DNA of 64,000 bases, taken from assembly GCA_964016885.1 (NCBI GenBank), contig OZ024743.1, forward strand, positions 252,526,001-252,590,000, in the 5' to 3' direction. The stretch comes from Eledone cirrhosa. Lineage: Eukaryota. Position numbers and translations under genes: made by a program. The notes beneath the pieces are model-generated. The model was not told the DNA's origin, did no database searches, and saw only the letters and a list, made by a program, of their open reading frames with translations. Of the stretch, positions 1 through 11,815 are shown one piece after another. How positions within the stretch are numbered: the first letter of the stretch is position 1; the number at the start of each line of letters is the position of its first letter.

Positions 1-123
1 TTTTGGTTAGGTGAAAGAAGCTCTATGCGCAGTTTACTCTTTGGTTCATCAAAAGTTTAAAACAGATAAATAAGTCATCAACAGTTTAAGTTCTTGTTGG
101 TGAGGACAATTCAATATATATAA

Positions 124-318
124 GGGCGGTCGATTGGCAGTATCGGTACAGGTTCGGATGCCATGCTTTGCAGCATTGAGTTACGGCCCTTTATTGTCTG
201 AGTTCAAATTCCGCCGAGGTTAACTTTGTGTTTCACCCATACGGGTTCGATAAAATAAAGTACCATTAATGTACTGAGATAATTGCTGGCCTTGTGCCAA
301 AAGTAGAAACAATTATTA
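124..318 (+). mobile_element. tRNA-derived SINE, family 1
   Basis: A-box-like TGGCAGTATCGG and B-box GAGTTCAAATTCC, body GAGGTTAACTTTG...CGATAAAATAAAGTACC, tail GCTGGCCTTGTGCC...AGAAAC followed by ATT repeats. Homologous copies at 5.3-6.0 kb and 25.1 kb. Confidence 0.8.
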
Positions 319-610
319 TTCAATATATCAAAAGATCAATGTTATCAACTTATATTCATTCTTTAATTTCTACCTCTGCTTCAATACTGCTACAATGGTA
401 TATATCAATTATCAATTATTAACACCATACATTATACCTATAAATGTATATCTTCAGGAAAATGTGAGAAAGAACAAAATTTACCAAGTTCAAATGGTAT
501 CAAGAATAGACTTTATGACAAAATACTGAATGCAGAACAAGCAATTAAATAAAAAAAAAACATATTTTGTACATGGAGAATTTTGACAGTGTAAAATTAT
601 AGATTGAAGT

Positions 611-1465
611 ATGATCTTTGGTATACCTAATGACTGGTGTAACAGTACAATCATAAATTGCTACAAGGACAAATGTGATGCTCTAGAAAGGAGCAACTAT
701 AGAATAATAAAACTAATGGACCAAGTTATGGAAGTGATGGAAAGAGTTATAGCAAAACTAATTAAAGAAAGAGTCAAATTAGACGAGATACAGTTTGGTT
801 TTATGCCTGGGAAAACTACTATTCATGTCCTCTTTTTAGTGAGACATCTACAAGAGAAGTTCTTAGCCAAAAGCAAGCCACTATACCTAGCTTTCATGGA
901 TCTAGAAAAGGCTTTTGACAGAGTACTTTGATCTATTATCTGGTGGTTCTTAAGGAAATTAGTTGTAGAGGAATGACTTGTGACATCAGTGCAAGCCATG
1001 TACAGAGGAACTGTCAGCAAAGTGAGAGTAGAAAGTCAGTTTAGTGAGGAATTCAAGGTGCATGTAATTCATCAGGGTTCGTTTTTAAACCACTGCTGTT
1101 AGTCATAGTTCTCCAGGTCATAACAGAGGAGTTTAAACTGGCTGCCTTAAGGAACTTCTTTATGTGGATGATCTGGTCCTTATTGCTAAATCTGTAAAAC
1201 AACTAGAAATAAGTTCTGACTATGGAAACAGAATTCGGAATCAAAATGGCTGAGAGTAAACTTAGCCAAAACTAAAATGCTAGGAAGTAAGAAAAAAGAT
1301 ATGACTAATTCCTTCAGGGAAGTTTCCCTTCTCAATATGTAGAAAAGGAGTAGGTATAAACTCTATACGAATTACTCAATGCCAATCTCGGGTACACAAG
1401 TGGTGTAATGGGATAACATGTAGACTAATAGGAATGGAAAACATTGTATATAAGAGATGCTGGGC
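611..1465 (+). pseudogene. RTE-clade LINE reverse transcriptase fragment, frameshifted
   Basis: ORF 611-931 has QFGFMPGKTT and LYLAFMDLEKAFDRV. Downstream DNA retains HQG, YVDD and zinc-finger remnants homologous to the 20.7-21.5 kb copy. Confidence 0.9.
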
Positions 1466-1558
1466 CACTTCCCTGAAGGAATCAGGGTTATATCTTCTTT
1501 CCTTCTTATCAGCATTTTAGTTTAGGTTACGTTTACTCTCAGCCCAATAGATTCAAAA
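1463..1558 (-). mobile_element. Short inverted RTE fragment abutting the + strand copy
   Basis: Reverse complement aligns to ~1235-1330 (GLRVN...TKML...IPSGKW region). Confidence 0.65.
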
Positions 1559-1824
1559 TTATGTCTTGTTTTAATGGTTCTATCTACTATATACATTCAT
1601 ATATTCATATGTACACACATGCACATTTGTAATCTAGTACATATGTGTAGGTGTGTATTGATTCATCAATGAATTGATCATTTCCTGCCTGGTTTAACAA
1701 TAGAACTGTGAAGATAATTTAACTCCCAGCTTGCATGATTTTCTTTCCTGACATAGCATGAACATATATATGTGTGTACAAATGCATGAATTTGTGTGTG
1801 TGTATGTGCATATATATACCTATA

Positions 1825-1855
<31 letters not shown>

Positions 1856-2112
1856 GTGTGTATGTATATATATATTTTTTTTTTCTTCCTAATAATCGTC
1901 TTTTTCTCCCTGTTTTCATATATTTATATATATATATATATAGTTATTATTTCAAGAGTAACTTACTCACTATTTTGAAAATTTGGACTGTGAACAACAA
2001 TTATAATTGAGTGGCTGCTATTTGCAGTATAGCAATATAAGGTTGCACTTACCAATGAAACGGTCGTAAATACCTGGATAAAATCCTTCTCTTAATGCTT
2101 ACCTGTGTTTTC

Positions 2113-2157
<45 letters not shown>

Positions 2158-2269
2158 TATATATATATATGTGTGTGTGTATATTTATGTGTCATGGAAG
2201 AAATAAAAAAATACCACATCTGATTCATCAAATACATTGCGTATATTCACATAAGTTTTGATATTGGAG

Positions 2270-2336
2270 TTAGGGTTATAATTATGGTTACATTTAAAGG
2301 TACATTTAGGCTTAGGTTTATGGGTAAAGTTTGGGT
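2270..2336 (+). repeat. Degenerate TTAGGG-like hexamer run
   Basis: Eleven 6-mers in phase: ttaggg ttataa ttatgg ttacat ttaaag gtacat ttaggc ttaggt ttatgg gtaaag tttggg. Confidence 0.55.
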
Positions 2337-3286
2337 TCTTCATATATAGATGTTTAAATTAATTGAATAAATAGATGAATAAATCATATCTGTGAAATGG
2401 TGTGGAATATTTAGAATCATATTCTATTTAATTCTAACCTCCAGTTTAGAAGGACTTGGAAAGGCAATGATGCAATTTCTCTAAATCATATATGTGTAAT
2501 AGGCAGTATTATTAGACAGTCGTATATTGTATGATTCTAAACTCCAGTTTAGAACTTACAGAGCTACTGATTTATTTTCCATAAATTTTATATGTATATG
2601 TGCCCCAGCATGGCCTCAGGCTCTCGGCTGGAATGCAAATAAATATATATATATACAGCTGCAACTTGACAACAACGAGATAACAATCATAAAAATAGAC
2701 AGACTAACAGAAAGACACAGAGACATTAAAAACAATATGCGAAGAATTACCAGAAGATACAAACAGTAATAAAAACTCACAAAAAATATATAACTTACAG
2801 AATCCAAATCTGAAATACAACACCCTTTATGTGATAACTGCATTTGATGGCATATGAAACCCACCACTTTGCATTTTTTATTTAAAACAGAAAGGAAATT
2901 GAGCTAAAATATATCATTTTGGTCTCATATGTGAAGTTCAGCTCTATGGTTTAATGACATAGAGATGCTAAACTGTAATTGCACAAATAAAAATCTTTCT
3001 TAATATTACTTGCTGAAATGTGGGTAAGGTTTTATATGCTGGTAGGGGAAGGGAGCCTTATGTAACTCTGTTTGGGGTGAGAGCCTTATATACCAACAAA
3101 TACTGTTATAAATCTCAAAATTGGAAGGGAAATTTAAAAAAGAAAAGATCTGAAACAAAACTAATTCATTCTATGTCACTATTTCTAACAGGAAACTAAA
3201 ATGCAAATATTGTATGTATTAATCTTTGAAATATAACCCATATATCCACACATACCTACAACTAATTAGTGTTCTCTCTCTCTCTC

Positions 3287-3324
<38 letters not shown>

Positions 3325-3326
<2 letters not shown>

Positions 3327-4620
3327 TGGATCCTCACAAAAGACCAGCTGAGCTCATAGATGTTATCCAACCATATTGTTCGGGGTTTTCCCCTGTGTCT
3401 TCTGCCAGTTGTTTCTAACCCCAATATCTACCCAGCAATTCTTTCTTCACACATTATAAACACATGTCTGTAATATTTGAGCTGTGATCTCTCAATTTGG
3501 AGAAGTAGTGACTCTAGCTGGAGCAAAACTCTGATCTCCAAGCTATGCACCCTATCAAGTAACGTTACTCCAAAGACACTGTAGATGAAACCCATTTCTG
3601 ACACTCATATTAGCGATTGCATTCTTTCAATTATTACCCAAGTAATTATTATTACAAAGTCGTTTTGCTGAATTGAAGTCAGATTCTTAACCTCAATGGT
3701 CGTCTTCCCTCTAGTGACCCACTGAGCCAATTTTTCCCACAGCATTTAACAGCTGAACAGTTTCCACTTTGTTTCAACACCCACAGTTTGCTCAGGGAGT
3801 TCTCTGAATTTGGATGCAATCATATCCACAAATCTGTTCCTGACTTCTTTATCTGCCATCACTTGCCACTTTATTCTATAGGTCATGCTGAACCTGCAGG
3901 TTTTGTGGGTTTTCTTGACTTTAGATAGTCTTAGGCTGCAGATAACTAGATCATGATCAGTTGACAGCTCTGCGCGTCTCATAACATGAACATTCAGAAA
4001 AGTATCAGAGACCAAAAACAATAACAAAATCAATTATTTAACTCTGTTCCCAATTCCCCTTATTCCATATGTATTTATAGATGTCTTTGTGCTGGAAGGT
4101 GTTCATAATAGAGAGCTCAATACTAGAACAGAAGTCTAATAAGGCCTTTCAATTCATGTTTAGATGAGGATTGCTTTTCCTTCCAATCACTCCTTTCCAT
4201 GTCAAGTGGTCAGTGGCAACATACACATTGAAGTCTCGCATTATGATACATGACTCAATCATAACTTCATAATGCAGTGACTTCATCAAGGTAGGATCTG
4301 CATTTGGGCTCTTTGATGCATAAACTTGAACAACACACAGACCTTTCTTTCAACCCAAACTTCAAGAGGCAAATGCTCCTTCCCAATGGGATCCAGTTTA
4401 TAACACATTCTGCCAGCTCCATGCATGTAATTATCTCCACTTAAGCCTGTGCAGTCTTTTCTGGCACAGCATCTGAATAACGAAGTTCCCATCCTCTATC
4501 CCAATCTACAGTACCAGAGTCACAGAACTTTGTTGAGGAAACCCCGGTTATATCTAGCCAGTAGCATTTGACCTCCTTCACTAGTTTCTGCTCCTTACCT
4601 GATTATCTCACTTCCACCCC
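3325..4620 (-). mobile_element. Internally deleted RTE LINE of a second (Rex3/Expander-like) family
   Basis: Minus strand encodes APE endonuclease remnants (GKEQKLVKEVKCYWLDITGVSST near 4.55 kb, and RRAELSTDHDLVICSL) joined at ~3640 to C-terminal remnants (WVIIERMQS...SEMGF, LQLESLLLQIE, GRRHRGKPRTIWLDNI). No RT core. Confidence 0.75.
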
Positions 4621-5287
4621 ACCTCCTCCTCATATATCAATACTAATCAGTGAATAAAAAAACAAATGCTTCATTTAGTAATCGCATATATGCTACATAT
4701 GTACATGTGCACATATGTACACATTCACACGTGTACATGTGTGTATGTGTATGTTTATATATGTGCATATGTACATATATGTATATGTGTACATGTGCTC
4801 TTCTAATTTTAATCAGCATTGTCGCTGTATAAGTGCATTGTATTTATGTGAGTGTGTTTATGTGTGAATTGAGTGTTAGTGTGTGCATTCATGTACTTAT
4901 ATGCATTGTATGTGTATTGTATTTGCAATGTATGCATGTGTGTGTGCATATATAGTGCGTTTATCTGTGCCTATTTATGAGTGCATCTATGTGTGTATAA
5001 ATGTGTATATTTTTGTATTTATTTCCAGCACACTCTCTAATACAGTTTTAGTTTAACATAAAAGTTGCAAGATTGGTACCAGCAGTATAATAACAAATAA
5101 AACAAATTTAATGCATATAGAAATGGTGCAGTTCTTTATTTCGTTAGTAAATGCAATGCAATACATTTTGATGCAATTCAATTCATTACAATGCATCGCA
5201 AGTAGATTGCAATATAATAAATAAATAATAAATAAATAAGTAGTAATAACAATAATAACAATAATAATAATTATTATTATTATAATA

Positions 5288-5985
5288 ATTGTTTCTACTT
5301 TAGGCACAAGGCCAGCAATTACCCAGTACATTACTGGTACTTTATTTTATCGACTCCGTAAGGATGAAAGGCAAAGTCAACCTCGGCGGGATTTGAACTC
5401 AGATCGTAAAGGGACGTAACTATGCTGGAAAGCATGGCGTCCGACACTCTACTGATACTACCAATCCACTGCCAATAATTATTATAATAATAATAACAAT
5501 AATGGTTTCTTATATAGGCACAAGGCCAGCAATTTTGGGGAAGGGGGAGGTTGATTAATTGGACCCCAGTGCGTGACTGGTACTTTATTTATCGATCCCA
5601 TAAGGATGAAAGGCAAAGTTAACCTCGGCAGGATTTGAATTCAGATCATAAACATGATGTCCGACGGTCTACCGATACTGCCAATCCACTACTTTTATAA
5701 TAATAATAATAAAAATAATATTAATAATAATAATAATAATAACAGCTACAACAATAACAAAAAATAATAATTTCTAACATCAGCACAAGGTCAGTAATAT
5801 TATGGAAAGGGAAAATTCGATTATATTGAAACCAGCATTTAACTGGTACTTTATTTTATTGATCTTGGAATGAAGAAATCTAAGGTTGACACAGACAGGA
5901 TTTCAAATCCAAATGTAGATAGTCCTAACTAAATACTACAAAGCATTTTGTCAAACACACTGCTGATGCTGCCAATCCACTGCTC
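5288..5985 (-). mobile_element. Three consecutive family-1 SINE copies (~5288-5475, 5503-5693, 5770-5985)
   Basis: Each is the reverse complement of the 124-318 element (GGCACAAGGCCAGCAATT...GGTACTTTATTTTATCGA...GGATTTGAA...CCAATCCACT), separated by (TAA)n. Confidence 0.85.
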
Positions 5986-6139
5986 TGGTAATAATAAAGA
6001 TTTCTTTTATTGGGCATAAGAGCCAAAGGCACTAGGGACAATGCAAGAACAAAAACAACACAGAGTAGAATTTATGTCAACTAAAGAAATGAGGACACTA
6101 CTGAAGGGCAAACTCTAATCATAATAATAATAGAAATTG

Positions 6140-6183
<44 letters not shown>

Positions 6184-6191
<8 letters not shown>

Positions 6192-6365
6192 ATACTTTGA
6201 GAGAGTCATGTTGCCAATAAGAAACACATGCACCAGTTGCTTTCACTCCAATTTATTATAAATTAAAAAACTTTTCTTATTGGCAACATGACCCTCCCAA
6301 AGTATAACAATATCGGTTTCAACACATGTTTTCAGATAACGAATCTTGCTAAACAAATTAATAAA

Positions 6366-6370
<5 letters not shown>
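6184..6370. repeat. TA-flanked element with ~40-bp inverted repeat plus short unique tail
   Basis: ATTGTTATACTTTGAGAGAGTCATGTTGCCAATAAGAAA (6186-6224) is the reverse complement of 6273-6311 with 2 mismatches. (TA)n on both sides. Confidence 0.75.
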
Positions 6371-6436
<66 letters not shown>

Positions 6437-6729
6437 TAGAAAGAAAACTAACAAATGTCAATAAGCATAAGTTCTCCGATAGTACGGGACTACACTTTAG
6501 GATAATTCCAGGGAGAAGCTTCGCACAAAACTCTGTTGTCTCACTCTCACTGGCATTGAAAATGCCCTCTTTTGGTTTTCTTCCTCCTACTCAGAATAGC
6601 ATAGTCAATCTCGCTCCTCTTACTCATCTTTCATAAAACACAGCAGATGGTAGCACATCCCTCTCAACCCTCACCCTCTTCTTCAAGTGGAACTTAATAA
6701 CAACAATAATAACAATAACAATATCAACC

Positions 6730-6763
<34 letters not shown>

Positions 6764-7069
6764 TTTCAAGCTCTGTAAATATAAGCTTCTCTTATCTTTC
6801 TGCTAGAAAGATAATGTTTGATGCACAACACATAAGTTGATTAGTGTACTCAACAATCCTACATCTCTTCCCATCACATGTGCACATGAGCACTTAACTG
6901 TTGTTGCGTTGATCTTATTATTTTCATTGTTTCCATGGCATTAATATATTTATTTATTTATCTATTTATCTACCAGAGGCTGAATAGCAACAGGTAATTA
7001 TATATATAAATGTACATGTTTCTATCTATCTATCAATATATATATATCTATCAATATATATATATCTAT

Positions 7070-7127
<58 letters not shown>

Positions 7128-7523
7128 TTATACATATATATATATATGTATATATATATGTGTATATATATATATATATATCATTTTTTTTATCTGTTTG
7201 CATTCTTGTACATATTCTCCTTGGATATGGTATTAGTCAATGAACAAAACAAAAAACATACTTTTATCGTATAGTAGGAAAAGAATAATCCAATAGTAAT
7301 AATATAAATAAATCTAAAATAGATTATCTTATGGTTATAACATTTGATGATATCATTTGAACAATAGATAGCAAATCACAGCAAGGTAATGGTTCGCTGA
7401 ATGAACAAACGGTTGGATGGACAGATGGTTAAGGTTTTCTAATCCTAAACAAAATATATATACATAGTTGCAGTAACTGATAGAAACTGTTATTTTGACA
7501 CTTTGCCAATATATATATATATA

Positions 7524-7770
7524 TCATCATCGTCATCATCATTTTACGTCCGCTTTTCCCTGCTTGCAGGGTGGGACGGGAACTGATTCTGGCTTCATTT
7601 CTACAGCTGGATGCCCTTCCTAACACCAACGTCATTTACAGTGAGGGCTGGGTGCTTTTTTGCCGTGGCACCTCCACGACCACTTTGCAGTGGAATGATA
7701 GGGAACCCAGTCCCTATCATCTCATTTCTACAGCTGAGTAAACTGGAGCAATGTGAAATAAAGTGTCTTG

Positions 7771-7773
<3 letters not shown>
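7524..7773 (-). mobile_element. Family-2 SINE (RTE-related), head truncated
   Basis: Reverse complement matches the 11812-12195 element, including TTAGGAAGGGCATCCAGCTGTAGAA, the CCCACCCTGCAAGCAGGG tail and (GAT)n. Confidence 0.8.
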
Positions 7774-7804
<31 letters not shown>

Positions 7805-7807
<3 letters not shown>

Positions 7808-8127
7808 TCGTAGGAGGTATTGCAACATTGTTCAAAGAATGCATGATCAGGTGTCTTTCCATTATATTAGACAAAAGATCTCCGAGTGTCGAGTGTGCTT
7901 TACTGGCTACAAGTAAATGGGGGCGTAAATCCATATGTGGTTGATGGCTGAGAGAAAAGGAAACTCAGTATCGAAGAAGAGTTTTAATATTCATTTTATT
8001 AAGGCTAAATAGTGAGTTTTGTTAATATGGAGTTTTGTCTCATTATCACAGGGTCTGATGTTTAACTCAGGGACTGAAAAACAGTAAAAAATCCAAAGTT
8101 ACAGGAGTCAGTATTTAGCCTTAATGA
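7805..8127. repeat. TA-flanked element ending in an imperfect hairpin
   Basis: ATTAAGGCTAAATA (7998-8011) is the reverse complement of TATTTAGCCTTAAT (8112-8125), with weaker pairing further inside. Unique 5' portion; (TA)n flanks. Confidence 0.45.
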
Positions 8128-8147
8128 TATATATATATATATATATA

Positions 8148-9592
8148 TATCATCATCATCATCATCATCATCATCGTTTAACGTCCGTGTTCCATGCTTG
8201 CATGGGTTTGGACGGAGGGTTTTCCCACTTGAGGCAAGAGTGGTTATCTTGCTCGCATAGGACTATCTGGCAGGTTTTCTACAGCTGGATGCCCTTCCTA
8301 ACACCAACCACATTTACAGTGTGGAGCTGGGAGGTTTTTACCGTGTTGCCTACACGGCCACATTACAGCGTGAACTGTGTGTTTTTTTGACGTGACACCT
8401 ACACGATCTCATTTGTTTCGGCCTGGATGTTGTGGCACCAACATAACTTTACATTGAAAGGGGCGGTGTGGATGGGGTGGGGGTGGTGGGACGGGGTGTA
8501 TTTTGTTAGAGATGCCTACTGACTGTAGTAGGTTTTACTTTGTATTTAGGTAAGGCGGGTCTTCTCTATTACTGAGTACCGCCAAAGGTCTCGGTCCAGT
8601 GACATTGTCTTGGTGAGGTGTAAGTGTGTGAGGTCGGAATTTATCAGCTCGTCCCAGGTTTTTCTGGGTCTGCCTATTCCGTGGCTACCGTCTATCTTTA
8701 TTGCCCTGCACTTTGTTATACAGCTATCGTCCTTCATGCACATCACGTGACCATACCAACATAGCCTTCTCTCGAGTAAACAACATCTGATCCCTCTTAT
8801 TTCTAATTTTTTCCTTAGTTCGTTTATGCTTTGCCATTCACGTATATTACTATTACACATCCAGCGGAGCATGCAAGCTTCGTTTCTCTCTAGTCTGCGT
8901 ATATATCCTCTGCACACAATGCCTAGGTCTCACTGCCGTGCAACATTGCTGTTCGTATGCAGGCATCGTACAACCTGCCTTTCATTTTTAGGGAGAACCC
9001 TTTAGCGGCTAATAGTGGTATGAGCTCTCTGAACTTTTTCCACCCAGTTCTGACTCTAGCTACTGTACTTTCAGAGCACCCTCCCCCACTGCTGATTTTG
9101 TCACCCAGGTAACGGAAGCTGTCCACTATTTCTATAGAACCCTCTGCGCAGTTGAAAGAGCTAGTATTTTTTGGGCACTTGCTGCTACTTATTTCCCCAG
9201 AACACCGGCCACATGTAAAATCTATGTTCTTAGTTAGCTTACCTGTGATCCCACTACATCTTTTATGCACCCAAACTTTGCATTTGGGACACAAAATGGA
9301 GTTTCTACCTACGCCTTTCCTACACTCTGAGCATGGCCACTTCCCAGAGGGGACCGCCGCCTTATTTTCTTTCTTACAAACTAGAACTTTAGTCTTAGCC
9401 AGGTTAATTTTAAGGCCTTTTGATTCTAGGCCGTGCTTCCATGTTTGGAATTTCTTCTCTAGCTCGGCCATTGTTTCAGCTATGAGCGTTAGATCATCTG
9501 CGTATAGGAGTTCCCATGGGCAGCCGGTCTTGAACTCCACTGTTATAGCCTGGAGGGCAATAATAAATAGTAGGGGCTAAGAACAGAGCCCT

Positions 9593-9593
<1 letters not shown>
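8148..9593 (-). mobile_element. 5'-truncated RTE LINE (RT C-half, PHD-type finger, C-terminus, long 3' UTR, (GAT)n tail)
   Basis: ORFs 8923-9540 (ELLYADD...CSECRKGVGRNSILCPKCKVWVHKRC...FTCGRC...FRYLG) and 8546-8917 (RRLCWYGHV...GRPRKTW). Tail CCATGCAAGCATGG...GGACG(GAT)n. Confidence 0.93.
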
Positions 9594-9674
<81 letters not shown>

Positions 9675-9681
9675 TATATAT

Positions 9682-9729
<48 letters not shown>

Positions 9730-9897
9730 ATAATATTATTTATAGTTATGTATATGCTATAAACAACCATAAACAGGAAAGGTCAGTAATTACTACTACC
9801 TTATTACCAGTAAGAGAAATAGCTCAATGTAAGAACATCAGTTGTTTTACAGAGCAGGAAAATAAATTAGACAATTATCAAGTTGTGTTCAAATCAT

Positions 9898-9953
9898 TTA
9901 ATAGCTGACAATCGTTTCTTCCAAAATTTCGTTTGGAGTCATCGGAGCATTAT
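9898..9953 (-). ncRNA. Type-I hammerhead ribozyme, family A (core variant CCGAUGA)
   Basis: Minus strand: taatgct CCGATGA ctccaaa-cgaaat-tttggaa GAAA c-gatt-g TC agctatta. Confidence 0.7.
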
Positions 9954-10929
9954 CAATGTTTGTACATATAATTAAGCTCCTATTCAACTGAACAATCATA
10001 TAGATACATATATATTGATGTTGTGAGCAACAGTTTCGTATATATAGGGTGTACTGGATGTGACATATATCAAACAATAATTCAAATTAAAAGCACAGAG
10101 TGGAATACATGCAACAGATAATACAAGAGAATAGTCTAATAATTAAAGAGTCATTGAGAGAGGAATAGTACATTAGCAGTACATATGCAAGCATGTAGAA
10201 AGTGCACATGTGTTAGTCATATATATAAGAAGGAAATAAGCAAAGGTATTATGCATATACAGATAAATAAATACTGTATGGTAAGCAAATATGTTAATGT
10301 ATTAACATCTGTGGCAGATGTAATAAGTTGATAGTGTTTGAATTTGTGTGTGTTGAGAAAAACAATGTTACTGCAGTCCTTTCCATATGTTGAATTATAT
10401 TTTAGTTAATGTTTATATTTAATGTTTTAAGTTAGTTAAATCAATGGATTGTAAATTAGGCTTATTGTATTCTTATTCCTGGATTAGTGTTGTTCAACAG
10501 GTAGTTTTTCCAACGGTTTAGTTTCCGGAAGTGAGTATGTGATCCAAGATTAAGGGGAGCTAATGCGTAAGGGGAGGTAACTAGCTAATAATTTCTTTGC
10601 TCTAATACACATTATAATGTGATAAAAGTGAATCTCTATTACATAATGTTATATATTTATACTTACTTTTAAATACAGTGTATTTTCCTATAATATATTA
10701 AAGGTCTCTTTAGATTGTTATCTATTCATTATGAAAAAATTGTATAGATGTTTACATGACCAAGTATGTATATCATTTTTGTAATAATATACATTATTGT
10801 GTTAAAAGTTAATCCCTTTTAATTTGAATTATTGTTTGATATATGTCGCATCCAGCTCACAACATCAATATATATGTATCTATATGATTGTTCAGTTGAA
10901 TAGGAGGTTAATTATATGTACAAACATTG

Positions 10930-10984
10930 ATAATTCTCTGATGATTCCAAATGAAAATTTGGAATAAACGATTGTCAGCTATTA
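10930..10984 (+). ncRNA. Type-I hammerhead ribozyme, family A (GAAA mutated to TAAA)
   Basis: taattct CTGATGA ttccaaa-tgaaaa-tttggaa TAAA c-gatt-g TC agctatta. Its defect is different from that of the 9898-9953 copy. Confidence 0.7.
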
Positions 10985-11016
10985 AATGATTTGAACACAA
11001 CTTTGATAATTGTCTA

Positions 11017-11057
<41 letters not shown>

Positions 11058-11682
11058 AGGTGAGTTTTATTGTAGCACAATAAAGCAATGCAAATATTGG
11101 GTAAGTAGCACTCAACAATTTATAGGACTGGAGTACAAACTTGGACCCTAATTAATTACTCTAAGTTCATAATTCATTTAACCTTATCTTCTTAATATAT
11201 TTTATTTTAATAATACATTTTAATAAATTCCTTTTCGCACATCTTATTAAACCCTTCAATATATAAACCTTAAACAAATAGTATTCTTAATTCCTTTTTC
11301 TTTAATCATAAGCATCATCATTCATAAACCTCATTAACTTTTAATTTCTTAATTTTTTTAAATTATGTATTATCTTACAACGTTTTTTTTTTATTTTTCT
11401 CTGTGAGACAGTGTTTCTCAGTATTAAAGGTTATCTCTTTCTCTCTCACTCATTTTCTCCTCCTCTCTCATCCTTCCTTCATTTATTCCTCCTCCATCAT
11501 CCTTTCCTTATTATTTTATTTTTTTCTTCTATATATATTTTTTCTTCCTCTTCCTTACCTTTTCTTTCCCCCTTCCTTTCCTTTTTTCCAATCTCATATA
11601 TCCCTCTTATTTTATTTTTCATATGTTGATTTAACACTTCACTGCTCGCAAGTGTTTTTTAAGCTTCATATCATGTCTCCCC

Positions 11683-11751
11683 ATTTTATCTGATGAGAAC
11701 GCAAATATCATCCCATGATGATATTTGTTTTTGAAATGCGCATAATAAAAT
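11683..11751 (+). ncRNA. Type-I hammerhead ribozyme, family B, intact core
   Basis: attttat CTGATGA [16-bp stem II gaacgcaaatatcatc-ccat-gatgatatttgttttt] GAAA t-gcgc-a TA ataaaat. 7-bp stem I, palindromic GCGC loop III, AUA triplet; predicted cut after 11744. Confidence 0.88.
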
Positions 11752-11778
11752 TCATGGAACTCTTTTAACCATCTTTTG

Positions 11779-11811
<33 letters not shown>

Positions 11812-11815
<4 letters not shown>

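Larger units (their letters stand above)
9725..11022 (-). mobile_element. Non-coding Penelope-like element with ~200-bp inverted terminal repeats, each carrying a hammerhead
   Basis: 9862-10028 is the reverse complement of 10855-11022, and 10054-10093 of 10817-10855. The left copy continues into an extra tail (9725-9860) also found at 17095-17200. (TA)n flanks; no ORF. Confidence 0.7.

Noticed and set aside
425-460. Minus-strand CTGAAGA followed by a hairpin
   Set aside because: No GAAA or stem I partner follows, so it is not a hammerhead.
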